Shown: positions 39,830 through 49,687 of the stretch, in pieces
Numbering within the stretch: the first letter of the stretch is position 1
How the letters are laid out: every line of letters starts with the position of its first letter
From: an uncultured cyanobacterium
Lineage (GTDB): Bacteria > Cyanobacteriota > Cyanobacteriia > Phormidesmidales > Phormidesmidaceae
Length of the DNA stretch: 64,000 nucleotides
Reading direction: 5' to 3'
Assembly (NCBI GenBank): GCA_963772185.1
Contig: CAVYWR010000025.1
Location: forward strand, 1,162-65,161
Translations under genes and position numbers: made by a program
The notes under the pieces: generated by a model
Seen by the model: the letters and a program-made list of their open reading frames with translations, nothing else
Told to the model about the DNA's origin: nothing
The model's database searches: none

Positions 39830-39959
39830 GCTCACGCCAGATGCTTCAACTTTCAATGGAAGCACTTTACACACTTTTGTTAGACCGTGTTATCTTTGTA
39901 TCCAAGCGGCCAAGGTCGCTTACACACTAAACAAAATCCGTTTAGGAATACAGGAGGTG

Positions 39960-40037
39960 ATGCCCATGAACGTTAGTGATATGTGCGTGGGTCTCCAGGT
40001 TGATGTAAACCGGCTGTGTGCCGGGGCTGTCCTCTAG
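39960..40037 (+). CDS. Putative small protein MPMNVSDMCVGLQVDVNRLCAGAVL
   Basis: Perfect SD AGGAGGTG at 39952-39959. It abuts the first ATG and is well spaced from the second ATG at 39966, the likelier start. Confidence 0.4.
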   Translation: MPMNVSDMCVGLQVDVNRLCAGAVL

Positions 40038-40117
40038 ACTTGCTAAGACATCAGTTTCAGCTAAGGTGCTAAGGGGTTCTCCCGGCAGTTTTGGTTTGAC
40101 CTGAAGACCCGACTAGA

Positions 40118-40188
40118 CCGCTCCTATTCAAAAATGCTTGCTCAGCTAATAGAGCAAGCGTCTACGAGTAGGAGCGGATAGTTTTTTT
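40118..40188 (+). terminator. Intrinsic terminator of the candidate RNA
   Basis: CCGCTCCTATTC...GAGTAGGAGCGG with inner stem GCTTGCTC/GAGCAAGC, followed by T7. Confidence 0.75.
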
Positions 40189-40540
40189 AAAGAGTTTTTA
40201 GAGAGATTTATCTATTTATACCTAGAGAATCATACGTAGAGAATTGATGTTCGCCACAGCTTGCGATCGCTACGAGCAAGCGAGTGTGTCAGTTTCTACG
40301 CGAAGAGTTCTGTAGGAATGGTCTCAGAGTCTGTAGAGATGCCATAGCAAGCGATTCTGGCACCTCAAAAAAGATGTGTCGGAAAAGTGTCAAAAAAGTG
40401 TCCTTAGGGATTGTGTCAGACCAAAAGGATCTGTTAGCATTGCCATCAAGTTAGAGAAGTGTAGGTATGCAGGTGCTCCGCTCCGCGCATTCGCTGTCGC
40501 TTTCTAGCTTGGCAAACAAGGTCAAACTTTTTGCTTATTA

Positions 40541-40549
40541 GTGTGAGGA
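40541..40549 (+). promoter_or_regulatory. Yfr1 sRNA target site over the porin RBS
   Basis: GTGTGAGGA is complementary to the conserved Yfr1 motif ACUCCUCACAC; Yfr1 regulation of Som-type porins is established in Prochlorococcus and Nostoc. Confidence 0.7.
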
Positions 40550-40559
40550 ATAAGAAAAA

Positions 40560-42155
40560 ATGAAAAATTTGAAAGCATTGCTTGCCGTGCCCGCTGCTTT
40601 CGGTGCAGTTCTAGCTGTATCCGGTAACGCTGTAGCCGCAGAGAGTCTAGTTGAAGCTGGTCTAGTCGAAACTTCCGTTGAGAGCGCTGCTGTTGAAGTA
40701 GCAGATACAGAATTAGATGCAGATCTAGTCGTTGCAGAGCCTATTCAGCTTGCACAGGTTACCAGCGTTTCTGAGCTATCAGATGTACGCGCAGGCGACT
40801 GGGCATTCACTGCCCTTCAGCGTTTGGTTGAAGAGTACGGCTGTTTGGAAGGCTACCCCGACCGCACCTTCCGTGGTAACCGCGCCATGACTCGTTACGA
40901 GTTTGCCGCAGGTCTGAACGCTTGTTTAGACGTTGTCATTCAGCTGATTGGTGGTGGCGATATTGATGGTGTTCAGCGTTTACAAGAAGAATTTGCAGCA
41001 GAGCTAGCTACCCTACGTGGTCGCACAGACCTGCTAGAAGCTGACGTGGCTGAGCTAGAAGCTAACCAGTTCTCTACGACCACTAAGTTGCGTGGTCAGT
41101 TGGACGCTCACCTAGTCGTGCCTTTTGGCGACGCTGATTTGATTGCTGATGGCACTGGTCTAGATGGCGGCCCTGGTCAAGCTGATGTAGGCGACGATGA
41201 TACCGTTGGTGGTGCTGAAGCCGATGCGACATTTGAGTATCGCGCTCGTCTGAACTTTGATACTAGCTTCACCGGGGAAGACAGACTTCGCATCCGTTTA
41301 CAGGCGTCCGACGATGCTGGATCCTTACGCAACACAGAGGGTGGACTGGCTAGCCAAAGTGGACGTGGAACTGCTGGTGAAGACTCTCTTAGACTAGACG
41401 ATGTTTACTACAGCTTCCCAATTGGCAGTCGCTTCAGCGGTATTATCGCAGCAAACAGTGTTGTGACTGACGACTTTGTTACTAGCACTATCGTTCCCTA
41501 TGATGGTCCTGCTGTCGCTGATGCAAGTGGCCCTGAATTCTATGACCTCTACAACGGTGGTAGCGCGTTCGGTGGAGGTGTAAACATTGCCTTTACTGAC
41601 AACCTGGTACTTGACCTTGGCTACTCCACTGACACTGGTAACGTTAACAACGCTGTTGTTGTTGCTGGCCAGGACGATCTTGGTGAAGACATCATCGCGG
41701 TTGATGACAACGTTGGCTTGTTCAACAACTACAGCTACATCGCTCAGCTAAACTTTCTCACAGATGGTTTGATCGATGCAGCTGTAGCTTACATTGATGG
41801 CGATCAAGACGGCGAGGGTTCTCCTGAGTACACCATTGCTGGTTTGCTGAACCTTGACTTTGGTTTTCTTGAAGTTGCTGGTCACTACGCTTACACTCCT
41901 GCTCAAGGTGACGGCGACCTTGACTCTTACGGTGGTGGTGTTAACTTCCCTGAGCTGTTCGGTGGAAATCTTGGTGCTTATGCTTCAATCGCACCTAACG
42001 TTGATCGTGATCCTCTCTTGATCGAGGCGTACTACCAGCTAGCGCTTAACGAGTTCTTCACAATCACACCCGCTGTTATCTATGCGGATAACGATTCTGG
42101 TGTCGGTGATGACAACAACATCTACGGTGCAATCCGTGCAACCTTCCAGTTCTAA
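40560..42155 (+). CDS. Major outer-membrane porin (SLH domain plus OprB-like barrel; Som/'iron uptake porin' family)
   Basis: QVTSVSELSDV..DWAFTALQRLVEEYGCLEGYPDRTFRGNRAMTRYEFAAGLNACL, NQFSTTTKL and C-terminal IRATFQF; codon bias typical of highly expressed genes. Confidence 0.95.
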   Translation: MKNLKALLAVPAAFGAVLAVSGNAVAAESLVEAGLVETSVESAAVEVADTELDADLVVAEPIQLAQVTSVSELSDVRAGDWAFTALQRLVEEYGCLEGYPDRTFRGNRAMTRYEFAAGLNACLDVVIQLIGGGDIDGVQRLQEEFAAELATLRGRTDLLEADVAELEANQFSTTTKLRGQLDAHLVVPFGDADLIADGTGLDGGPGQADVGDDDTVGGAEADATFEYRARLNFDTSFTGEDRLRIRLQASDDAGSLRNTEGGLASQSGRGTAGEDSLRLDDVYYSFPIGSRFSGIIAANSVVTDDFVTSTIVPYDGPAVADASGPEFYDLYNGGSAFGGGVNIAFTDNLVLDLGYSTDTGNVNNAVVVAGQDDLGEDIIAVDDNVGLFNNYSYIAQLNFLTDGLIDAAVAYIDGDQDGEGSPEYTIAGLLNLDFGFLEVAGHYAYTPAQGDGDLDSYGGGVNFPELFGGNLGAYASIAPNVDRDPLLIEAYYQLALNEFFTITPAVIYADNDSGVGDDNNIYGAIRATFQF

Positions 42156-42200
42156 GCTTTTCACGACCTTCGGGTCTTAAAAAGTTAAAGAACCCATAAG

Positions 42201-42228
42201 GGTCCTACAAATTTGTAGGACCTTTTTT
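42201..42228 (+). terminator. Intrinsic terminator after the porin
   Basis: GGTCCTACAA-AT-TTGTAGGACC followed by T6. Confidence 0.85.
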
Positions 42229-42340
42229 GTTGCGTTCTCTAAAGAAACAATCCCCACCGTGGAACCGGGATATAATGAGGGTGCTGGCAGCATATTTTCG
42301 ATTGGCCCGCATTTGATCTTGGTCTCTCTTGTTAATAGCT

Positions 42341-42775
42341 GTGGAACTATCGTGCAAAAGTGAGTACGCGCTACTAGCTCTGATAGAGCTGAGTCTGCAT
42401 CACAGTAAGGGCGAGCCGATGAGAATCTGTCAGATAGCGGCAGAGCAGGGTATTCCCGATAGGTATTTAGAACAGCTTTTAGCGACCCTACGCAGAAGCG
42501 GATTTGTAAAAAGTCAGCGGGGGGCGAAGGGTGGATACTTGCTAACTCGCGAGCCTTGGAAAGTGACGCTGCTAGACGTGGTGAGCTGTATTGAGGGGTT
42601 TGATGCGAAGGCGAAAGAGGTGAAGTCGCCGCAGACGACAGAGGCGGCAGTGGTAAGCGAGGTGTGGCAGGAGGTACGGCACTCAGCTGAGTCGGTGCTA
42701 GAGGGATATACGCTGCAAGATTTGGTGGACAAGCGGAATGCCCGTCAGCAGGTGGATTTGATGTATTACATCTAA
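42341..42775 (+). CDS. Rrf2 family transcriptional regulator (CymR-like by context)
   Basis: (M)[23 protein letters not shown] and [13 protein letters not shown]; no three-Cys Fe-S motif; upstream of cysK; GTG start at 42341. Confidence 0.9.
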   Translation: MELSCKSEYALLALIELSLHHSKGEPMRICQIAAEQGIPDRYLEQLLATLRRSGFVKSQRGAKGGYLLTREPWKVTLLDVVSCIEGFDAKAKEVKSPQTTEAAVVSEVWQEVRHSAESVLEGYTLQDLVDKRNARQQVDLMYYI

Positions 42776-42788
42776 TTGCGAGAAAGTT

Positions 42789-43739
42789 GTGATGAAGATT
42801 GCGAATAATGTGACTGAGCTGATTGGACATACGCCGATGGTGCGTTTGGGTCGGATTCCTGAAAGTGAGGGATGTGTGGCTCAGATTGTGGTGAAGCTAG
42901 AAGGAATGAATCCGTCGGCTTCGGTCAAGGACCGGATCGGCATTAGCATGATTGAGGCGGCTGAGAAAGCGGGAGATATCGTGCCGGGGAAGACAACGCT
43001 GGTAGAGCCAACCTCCGGGAATACTGGCATTGCGCTAGCGATGGCGGCAGCCGCAAAGGGATATCGACTGGTCCTGACCATGCCAGAGACGATGAGCTCT
43101 GAGCGGCGGGCAATGCTGCGAGCCTATGGCGCTGAGCTAGAGCTGACCCCTGGAATGGAAGGGATGAGTGGCTGCATTCAGCGGGCACAGATGCTGGTAG
43201 ATACCTTGCCGGATGCATATATGCTGCAACAGTTCGATAATCCGGCTAACCCGGCTATTCATCGGCGTTCGACGGCGGAGGAGATCTGGCAGGATACGGA
43301 CGGTCAGGTGGACTTTTTGGTCGCGGGTGTGGGGACAGGTGGCACTATTACTGGAGTTGGCGAGATTCTTAAGCAGCGCAAGCCTAGCTTTCGGGTGGTG
43401 GCGGTAGAGCCGATTAACAGCGCGGTGCTTTCTGGAAAGATGCCTGGTCCGCATAAGATTCAGGGGATTGGGGCTGGGTTTGTGCCGAAGGTGCTGAAGC
43501 AAGATCTGATTGATGAGGTGGTGGCGGTGACCGATGACGAGGCGATCGCATTCGGCAGACGCCTAGCCAAAGAAGAAGGTATCCTCTCTGGCATCTCTAG
43601 CGGTGCGGCTCTGTGTGCGGCAATAAAAATAGGCCAGAGACCAGAAAACGCTGACAAGCTAATTGTGATGATTCAGCCTAGCTTTGGCGAACGATATTTG
43701 AGCACGCCTCTGTTCCAAGATCCTGAGCCGATGGGATAG
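42789..43739 (+). CDS. cysK: Cysteine synthase A
   Basis: [36 protein letters not shown] and [10 protein letters not shown]. Confidence 0.97.
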   Translation: MMKIANNVTELIGHTPMVRLGRIPESEGCVAQIVVKLEGMNPSASVKDRIGISMIEAAEKAGDIVPGKTTLVEPTSGNTGIALAMAAAAKGYRLVLTMPETMSSERRAMLRAYGAELELTPGMEGMSGCIQRAQMLVDTLPDAYMLQQFDNPANPAIHRRSTAEEIWQDTDGQVDFLVAGVGTGGTITGVGEILKQRKPSFRVVAVEPINSAVLSGKMPGPHKIQGIGAGFVPKVLKQDLIDEVVAVTDDEAIAFGRRLAKEEGILSGISSGAALCAAIKIGQRPENADKLIVMIQPSFGERYLSTPLFQDPEPMG

Positions 43740-43801
43740 CTATTGGCTTTGCTGAAACGCTCAGTGGTGACCTGTTGCGAAGCTGCGCTGGAGGTTAAAA
43801 T

Positions 43802-44521
43802 GTGCTCATGGCAAATCAGACGCGCATCGATATTAACCACTACAAAACCTTGGGTATTGCTGAAGGCGCGAGTCAGGCTCAGGTGAAGCAGGCGTATCGC
43901 CAGTTGGCCAAACAGTTTCATCCTGATAGCCAAAATCAGGGTGCAACGAATGAGAAGATCGCGTCGGTGAATGCGGCCTATGAAGTATTGGGCGATGCCA
44001 ACGCGCGGCAGCAGTACGACTTGGAACGGCAGCTACTGGCAAAGACAAAGCGGCGTGAGCGAGCTTCTCGCACTGCGGACTCTCAGAACCAATATCGCCA
44101 GAAAAAGAAGCGTGGTACGCCGGATTCGACCACGATTGAGCAGTGGCTTCGCCGTGTATTCAATCCGACGGATCGGCTAATTGGGAAAGTGATCCAGCCT
44201 TTGAAAGCGGAGGTGCGATCGCTCTCTGCCGATCCGTTTGACGATGAGCTAATGGAAGCGTTTCAGACCTATATAGAAACGTGCCGAGAGCATTTGCAAA
44301 AGGCGCAGGAAAAGTTTAAATCAATGCCGAATCCTGCGAGCGTAGCAGGCGGCGCGGCGAATATGTATTACTGTTTGAACCGGTTGGAAGATGGCATAGA
44401 AGAGATAGAGCGCTTTACCTATACCTATGACGAAAATTATTTGCACACGGGTCAGGAGCTATTTCGGATCTCGGCAGGATTGCGCAAGGATGCAAAGGCA
44501 GAGATTAAAGCGGTGTTGTGA
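43802..44521 (+). CDS. J-domain (DnaJ-like) protein
   Basis: NHYKTLG...VKQAYRQLAKQFHPD...VNAAYEVLGD (HPD motif). Confidence 0.9.
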   Translation: MLMANQTRIDINHYKTLGIAEGASQAQVKQAYRQLAKQFHPDSQNQGATNEKIASVNAAYEVLGDANARQQYDLERQLLAKTKRRERASRTADSQNQYRQKKKRGTPDSTTIEQWLRRVFNPTDRLIGKVIQPLKAEVRSLSADPFDDELMEAFQTYIETCREHLQKAQEKFKSMPNPASVAGGAANMYYCLNRLEDGIEEIERFTYTYDENYLHTGQELFRISAGLRKDAKAEIKAVL

Positions 44522-44576
44522 CTTGTTGCTACAATGATTGCTTGTGTTGTCGGGCCGCTGTTGGGCCTTTCCTATC

Positions 44577-45977
44577 ATGGCTCTTCCTGTTGTTGCAATT
44601 ATTGGTCGCCCGAATGTGGGCAAGTCTATGCTGGTCAATCGGTTCGCCGGTGGACGGCAGTCGATTGTATTCGATCAGCCTGGGGTGACGCGCGATCGCA
44701 CCTACCAGCCAGCCTTCTGGAAAGACCGTGAATTTCTAGCAGTAGATACGGGCGGACTGGTGTTTGACGATGACACCGAGTTTTTGCCCTACATTCGCGA
44801 GCAGGCGATGACCGCGTTGAGCGAAGCGGCAGCGGCGCTGTTTGTCGTAGATGGTCAGACCGGACCGACCGAGGGCGATCAGGAGATTGCATCCTGGATG
44901 CGATCGCAAAATATTCCAGTCGTCCTAGCTGTCAATAAATGCGAATCACCAGACGAAGGCCTCGTTCAAGCTGCTCAATTTTGGGAGCTAGGTCTAGGTG
45001 AGCCCTATGCGGTCTCGGCAATTCATGGTAGCGGTACGGGCGAACTGCTCGACGCCCTAGTAGAACACCTGCCACCTGCCGATGAGGTTGAAGAGGTCGA
45101 AGAGTATCGAGTGGCCATTGTCGGACGACCCAATGTCGGCAAGTCCAGCATCTTGAACGCCTTTGTAGGTGAGAAGCGCTCGATTGTCAGTCCAATTTCT
45201 GGGACTACGCGCGATGCGATTGACATGGTGGTGACTCGAGGTGAAGGCGATGATCAAAAGCGCTATCGCCTGATTGATACCGCAGGCATCCGCAAGAAGA
45301 AGAATGTGGACTTTGGTCCGGAGTATTTTGGCATCAACCGATCGTTCAAGGCGATCAAGCGCTCGGATGTAGTGCTACTAGTCATTGATGCATTAGATGG
45401 CGTGACCGAGCAGGATCAAAAGCTGGCCGGGCGGATTGAGGAAGAAGGCCGAGCCTGCGTGATCGTAGTCAACAAGTGGGACGCGGTGGACAAAGATTCG
45501 CATACTATCTACGAGTTCGACAAAAAGATTGAGGCGAAGCTGCACTTTTTGGGCTGGGCGAAGCGACTGTACGTGAGTGCGACAACCGGCCAGCGCCTGC
45601 CGAAGATTTTGGACGCGGTAGATATGGCAGCTAGTGAGCACCGCCGCCGCGTCAGTACGTCTGTGGTCAATGAGGTGCTAGAAGATGCGGTGAGCTGGCA
45701 CACCCCACCGACGACTCGGCAGGGGCGACAGGGACGAATTTATTACGGGACGCAGGTGCGATCGCAGCCCCCCTCTTTTGCCCTATTCGTTAACGATCCC
45801 AAGCTGTTTGGCGAGAGCTATCGCCGCTACATCGAAAAGCAGTTTCGCAAAAATCTGGGCTACGACGGTACGCCAATTCAGCTACTGTGGCGCGGTAAGA
45901 GCGTGCGCGACGTAGAGCGTGGCCACAGCGCTAGCAGCGGGCCAAACCGGGCAACCAAGGTTCGCTACTTGGGTTAG
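44577..45977 (+). CDS. der: Ribosome biogenesis GTPase Der (EngA)
   Basis: Two GRPNVGKS G-domains, DTGG/DTAG and NKCE/NKWD; ATG at 44577. Confidence 0.97.
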   Translation: MALPVVAIIGRPNVGKSMLVNRFAGGRQSIVFDQPGVTRDRTYQPAFWKDREFLAVDTGGLVFDDDTEFLPYIREQAMTALSEAAAALFVVDGQTGPTEGDQEIASWMRSQNIPVVLAVNKCESPDEGLVQAAQFWELGLGEPYAVSAIHGSGTGELLDALVEHLPPADEVEEVEEYRVAIVGRPNVGKSSILNAFVGEKRSIVSPISGTTRDAIDMVVTRGEGDDQKRYRLIDTAGIRKKKNVDFGPEYFGINRSFKAIKRSDVVLLVIDALDGVTEQDQKLAGRIEEEGRACVIVVNKWDAVDKDSHTIYEFDKKIEAKLHFLGWAKRLYVSATTGQRLPKILDAVDMAASEHRRRVSTSVVNEVLEDAVSWHTPPTTRQGRQGRIYYGTQVRSQPPSFALFVNDPKLFGESYRRYIEKQFRKNLGYDGTPIQLLWRGKSVRDVERGHSASSGPNRATKVRYLG

Positions 45978-45982
45978 TCAGT

Positions 45983-46933
45983 ATGGATTTATTGCGATCG
46001 CTCCCCATCGGTCTATATCTAGAGCAGCCAGTCACATGGCTGCACAGACTAGATCCTAGAGTCAAAGTCGCTTGGCTGTTGAGCGTTTTACTAGCGCCGA
46101 TTCTAGCCAACTCAGCCTGTCGGCTAGCGATTGTAGCGTTCCTAATCCTGTTGACTATCAGCGCTAGAATTCCGCTGCGGGTATGGCGTCAGCAGATGGG
46201 CTGGCTACTGATCGTCGGTGCATTAGTCACTGGGCTACTGCTAGTCATGCCCGATGGGATTGCGGTCTCTCAGCAGCCTAGACTGCCAACCGAGCAGATG
46301 ATCCAAGCTTGGCCAGACGGATTACAAGCGCCTGAACTTTTGCCAGGAGTACCACCCGCGACTCGCTATCGGTATGACCTAGTCGACTGGCAGCTAACCC
46401 AGATTCCACCTTTCAACTTTTCAATTCAGATTACGCAGCGATCGCGCCGCATCGCCATCAAGGTCAGCACCTTACTATTCACGCTGATCTACTCCACTAC
46501 TCTGTTCCTGCTGACTACCGCCCCCGAAGAGATCACAGAAGCCTTTGAGTTGCTCATGCAACCACTGCGCTGGCTCAAGCTTCCTGTCACCGAAATTGCG
46601 CTCACCCTTACCCTAGCGCTTCGGTTCATTCCACTCGTACTAGAAGAAGTGCAAAACCTAGTGCGCTCTATCCGCACTAGAGCCATCAAATGGCAAAAAC
46701 TAGGCATTCGCGGCGCAGTACAAATCTGGCTAATGGTCGCCGAACGCCTGATTCAAAATTTACTGCTGCGAGCCGAGCAGATTGCTAGCGCTATGCAGGT
46801 TCGCGGCTTTACCGGTCCCAACACGCACAGAGTTGTTTGGCACCAAATGCGGCTGCGCTGGCGAGACTGGCTAGTCCTGAGCGGACTCGGACTATTTTGG
46901 TGGAGTCGACTAGCGTATGGGGGCGTTGCTTGA
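45983..46933 (+). CDS. ECF transporter transmembrane component T (CbiQ/Ycf92-like)
   Basis: MDLLRSLPIGLYLE, LHRLDPRVK, TTAPEEI, LALRFIPLVLEE and AMQVRGF. Confidence 0.9.
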   Translation: MDLLRSLPIGLYLEQPVTWLHRLDPRVKVAWLLSVLLAPILANSACRLAIVAFLILLTISARIPLRVWRQQMGWLLIVGALVTGLLLVMPDGIAVSQQPRLPTEQMIQAWPDGLQAPELLPGVPPATRYRYDLVDWQLTQIPPFNFSIQITQRSRRIAIKVSTLLFTLIYSTTLFLLTTAPEEITEAFELLMQPLRWLKLPVTEIALTLTLALRFIPLVLEEVQNLVRSIRTRAIKWQKLGIRGAVQIWLMVAERLIQNLLLRAEQIASAMQVRGFTGPNTHRVVWHQMRLRWRDWLVLSGLGLFWWSRLAYGGVA

Positions 46934-48378
46934 AGGCGATCTCTCCCTGCTCACAGTATTTCTGGCAGTCCTTTCCACTGGCGCAAAAGACCGGATCGGA
47001 CATCTTTACAGCACTTTTCCAGCCGCAGCATCCCAAGCAAGGCACCGCCGGAATTGCCTCTTTGCTCGAAAGCCCCTATCCGCTCCCGCCCGACTCTTTG
47101 CCTACGCAGGTGAACCTGGCTCGCTACTCAATCTGTGCTGGACCACCTCGATGCGTGGGCGGACATCCACAGCTTTGGACACCAACGAAAGGCAACATCA
47201 TTCCTTTTTTGGAACAGTTGAGTGCGGTCAAGGCTCCTGCTGCGCTAGGTGCCTTCGAGCATACAGATCGCAGTTTGCTAGAACAGCTGCCTTTTATCGG
47301 AGGGTGGCTAGGTTGGTTAGGCTACGATCTGGCTTGGGAAATTGAGCAGCTACCGTGGCTAAAGCCAGACGAGCTACCTTTTCCGATTGCTTTCTGGTAC
47401 GAACCAGCCGATTTTGCCGTTCTTGATCACTCCCTACAGCGCCTGTGGCTAGCCTCAGAAAGCCCGAGCCGATTGGCAGATCTAGGAAAGCGACTAGAAA
47501 AGCAGTCAGAAAGAAATAGAAGCACCTGCGTAACAACGAATCTGAAGTTCAAAACTGACAAGAGGGCGTTTGAGAACGCAGTAGAAAGAGCTAAAGCTCA
47601 CATCAAGGCTGGCGATGTTTTCCAGGTGAATCACTCTTTGCGGTTTCAGGCACAGACGACGGCGGATAGCTGGAGCTTGTACCAGGCGCTTCACCGAATT
47701 AACCCTTCACCTTTTGCTAGCTACTGGCATACACCGTGGGGGGCAGTAGTGAGCTGCTCACCTGAAAGGCTGGTGCAGCTAGAGCAAGGCAAAGCTCAGT
47801 CTAGGCCAATCGCTGGAACTAGACCTCGGGGTCAAAATCGAAATGAAGATGCGCTCAACGAAAGGGATCTGCGGAGCGATCGCAAAGAACAAGCTGAGCA
47901 CATCATGCTAGTTGACCTAGAGCGGAATGATTTGGGCCGGGTGTGCCAGTGGGGGTCAGTTCAAGTAGAAGAGCTGATGACAGTAGAGCGCTACAGCCAC
48001 GTCATGCATCTAGTAAGTAACGTAGTCGGAGAGCTAACGCCTGAGTGCTCTATGGCGCAGCTGATTGCAGCGCTGTTTCCGGGTGGCACAATAACAGGCT
48101 GTCCAAAGGTTCGCTGTATGGAAATTATTGAAGCGCTAGAACCCGTCAGACGCAGCCTTTTCTATGGGTCTTGTGGCTATCTAGATCGCCGAGGTCGGTT
48201 GGATCTAAACATTCTGATTCGGACGCTGCTGATTGCGGCTGACCCAGATAGCTCAGACGGGACGATGACCGTGTGGGGACAGGTAGGCGCTGGCATCGTC
48301 GCCGATAGCGAGCCAGAGAAGGAGTGGTTTGAATCTCTACAAAAGGCAAAAGCTCAGCTATTGGCCTTGGGGTTATAA
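46930..48378 (+). CDS. Anthranilate synthase component I family / PabB-like chorismate-binding enzyme
   Basis: PFIGGWLGWLGYD, AGDVFQVN, SPERL, RPIAGTRPR, AEHIMLVDLERNDLG and FPGGTITGCPK; probable TTG start at 46930 overlapping the upstream stop. Confidence 0.9.
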   Translation: MKAISPCSQYFWQSFPLAQKTGSDIFTALFQPQHPKQGTAGIASLLESPYPLPPDSLPTQVNLARYSICAGPPRCVGGHPQLWTPTKGNIIPFLEQLSAVKAPAALGAFEHTDRSLLEQLPFIGGWLGWLGYDLAWEIEQLPWLKPDELPFPIAFWYEPADFAVLDHSLQRLWLASESPSRLADLGKRLEKQSERNRSTCVTTNLKFKTDKRAFENAVERAKAHIKAGDVFQVNHSLRFQAQTTADSWSLYQALHRINPSPFASYWHTPWGAVVSCSPERLVQLEQGKAQSRPIAGTRPRGQNRNEDALNERDLRSDRKEQAEHIMLVDLERNDLGRVCQWGSVQVEELMTVERYSHVMHLVSNVVGELTPECSMAQLIAALFPGGTITGCPKVRCMEIIEALEPVRRSLFYGSCGYLDRRGRLDLNILIRTLLIAADPDSSDGTMTVWGQVGAGIVADSEPEKEWFESLQKAKAQLLALGL

Positions 48379-48548
48379 CACTGGTTTCGCAGATGAGACG
48401 AAGCGGGTCGCATACCTATTAACTGACGACAAGTAAAGTAACAGATGCTGTAGACGCAATTAAGCTATGCTGTTTTGTGAAATTCTGTGAGAAACGCTGT
48501 AAACTCAGCTCAGGTGCGAAACCAGGCCATACAGGGCAAACAGCAACA

Positions 48549-48587
48549 GAATATATCGACCGAATATATCGACCGAATATATCAACA
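48549..48587. repeat. 13-bp tandem repeat x3 (GAATATATCGACC)
   Basis: Two perfect units and one imperfect unit upstream of pipX. Confidence 0.8.
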
Positions 48588-48699
48588 GAGTGACCCAACC
48601 CTATAAGACTAGTTGCCCAAAAATACTGGCGGGCAGTATAGAGACAACCGCCAGACATCGATCGACACTTCTCTATTCTCACCCTCTCTTGAAGCCTGA

Positions 48700-48966
48700 A
48701 TGAGTACCGAAAATTATCTCAACCATCCAAACTTTGGCTTACTCTTTAGGGTTTGTCTGGTCGGAGAGGGACAAGAGCTGTTCGCTACGCTGTATGCGCA
48801 CAGGCTATTCTTTATAGTGAGAAACGATACGAGCGGCCTGTCGTTTGAGCCAATTGGGCGAGTCGAGTCAAAGCAGCTCATTGAGCAGCGACTGCGGTTA
48901 ATTCGTCGTACTGGACATCAGGCAGAGTACGATTTGCTGCAAAAGACTTATAAACAAGCTTTCTAA
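48700..48966 (+). CDS. pipX: PII-interacting protein X
   Basis: ENYLNHPNFGLLFRVC...ELFATLYAHRLFF; pipX-pipY-sepF-proC synteny. Confidence 0.95.
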   Translation: MSTENYLNHPNFGLLFRVCLVGEGQELFATLYAHRLFFIVRNDTSGLSFEPIGRVESKQLIEQRLRLIRRTGHQAEYDLLQKTYKQAF

Positions 48967-48993
48967 CCAAGCTTTCTAACCAAGCTTTCTACC
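48955..48993. repeat. 13-bp tandem repeat x3 (CAAGCTTTCTAAC) spanning the pipX stop and the pipX-pipY spacer
   Basis: Units at 48955, 48968 and 48981 (last one imperfect). Confidence 0.85.
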
Positions 48994-48994
48994 T

Positions 48995-49687
48995 ATGCCT
49001 TCTAGCTCGTCACAGTTGAGAGCTGATGTTGACCTGCCTGCTCGACTAGCTCATATCCAGCAGAGGATTCCGGCCTCTGTTCGACTGATCGCAGTCACCA
49101 AAACATTCTCAGCAGAGGTTGTGCGCGAAGCCTACGCCGCTGGCATCAAAGATTTTGGTGAGAACAAGGTGCAAGAAGCACTTGCTAAGCAAAGTGAGCT
49201 ACAGGATCTTACTGATGTGACCTGGCACTTCATCGGCCATATCCAGTCGAACAAATCGCTTAGAGTCGTCGAGAGCTTTGACTGGATTCACTCGATAGAT
49301 AGCCTGAAGCTGGCGGCGCGGATTGATCGCCAGGCTGAAGAGTTGGGCAAGCGATTGAATTGCTGTCTTCAGGTCAAGCTAGCACCCGATCCGACTAAAA
49401 CTGGGTTTGAAGTAGAGACCCTAATGTCTGAGCTAGCTGACATAGACCAATTGGAGTCAATTGATATTCGTGGATTGATGGTGATCCCGCCTTACGGTCT
49501 ATCAAAGACTGAAGTTCGAGCGGTCTTTGATAGCGGTGCGCAGTTGGCGCGTGAGATTGCGGGGCGATCGCTAGTAAATATCAAGATGGATCAGCTGTCG
49601 ATGGGAACGTCTGGAGACTTTGAGCAGGCGATCGCCGCAGGTGCCACGGTGGTCAGAATTGGCAGCGGGCTATTCGGACAGCGATAG
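48995..49687 (+). CDS. pipY: YggS/PLPBP family PLP-binding protein PipY
   Basis: LIAVTK, FGENKVQE, WHFIGHIQSNK, LSMG.SGD and GATVVRIGSGLFG. Confidence 0.93.
   Translation: MPSSSSQLRADVDLPARLAHIQQRIPASVRLIAVTKTFSAEVVREAYAAGIKDFGENKVQEALAKQSELQDLTDVTWHFIGHIQSNKSLRVVESFDWIHSIDSLKLAARIDRQAEELGKRLNCCLQVKLAPDPTKTGFEVETLMSELADIDQLESIDIRGLMVIPPYGLSKTEVRAVFDSGAQLAREIAGRSLVNIKMDQLSMGTSGDFEQAIAAGATVVRIGSGLFGQR

Larger units (their letters stand above)
39903..40188 (+). ncRNA. Candidate structured RNA containing a 25-codon ORF
   Basis: Candidate -10 TGTTATCTT near 39888, a 5' hairpin, nested long-range stems over 39989-40110 and an intrinsic terminator at 40118-40188. Ends are estimated. Confidence 0.55.

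Noticed and set aside
39903-40188. 6S RNA, SRP RNA, RNase P RNA or tmRNA identity for the structured RNA
   Set aside because: I could not see their hallmark motifs; an Rfam search is needed to exclude them formally.
42177-42830. 217-aa minus-strand ORF
   Set aside because: Antisense shadow of the Rrf2 gene in a skewed tract.
48549-48993. Short repeats as a CRISPR array
   Set aside because: 13-bp head-to-tail units without spacers, and no cas genes in the window.
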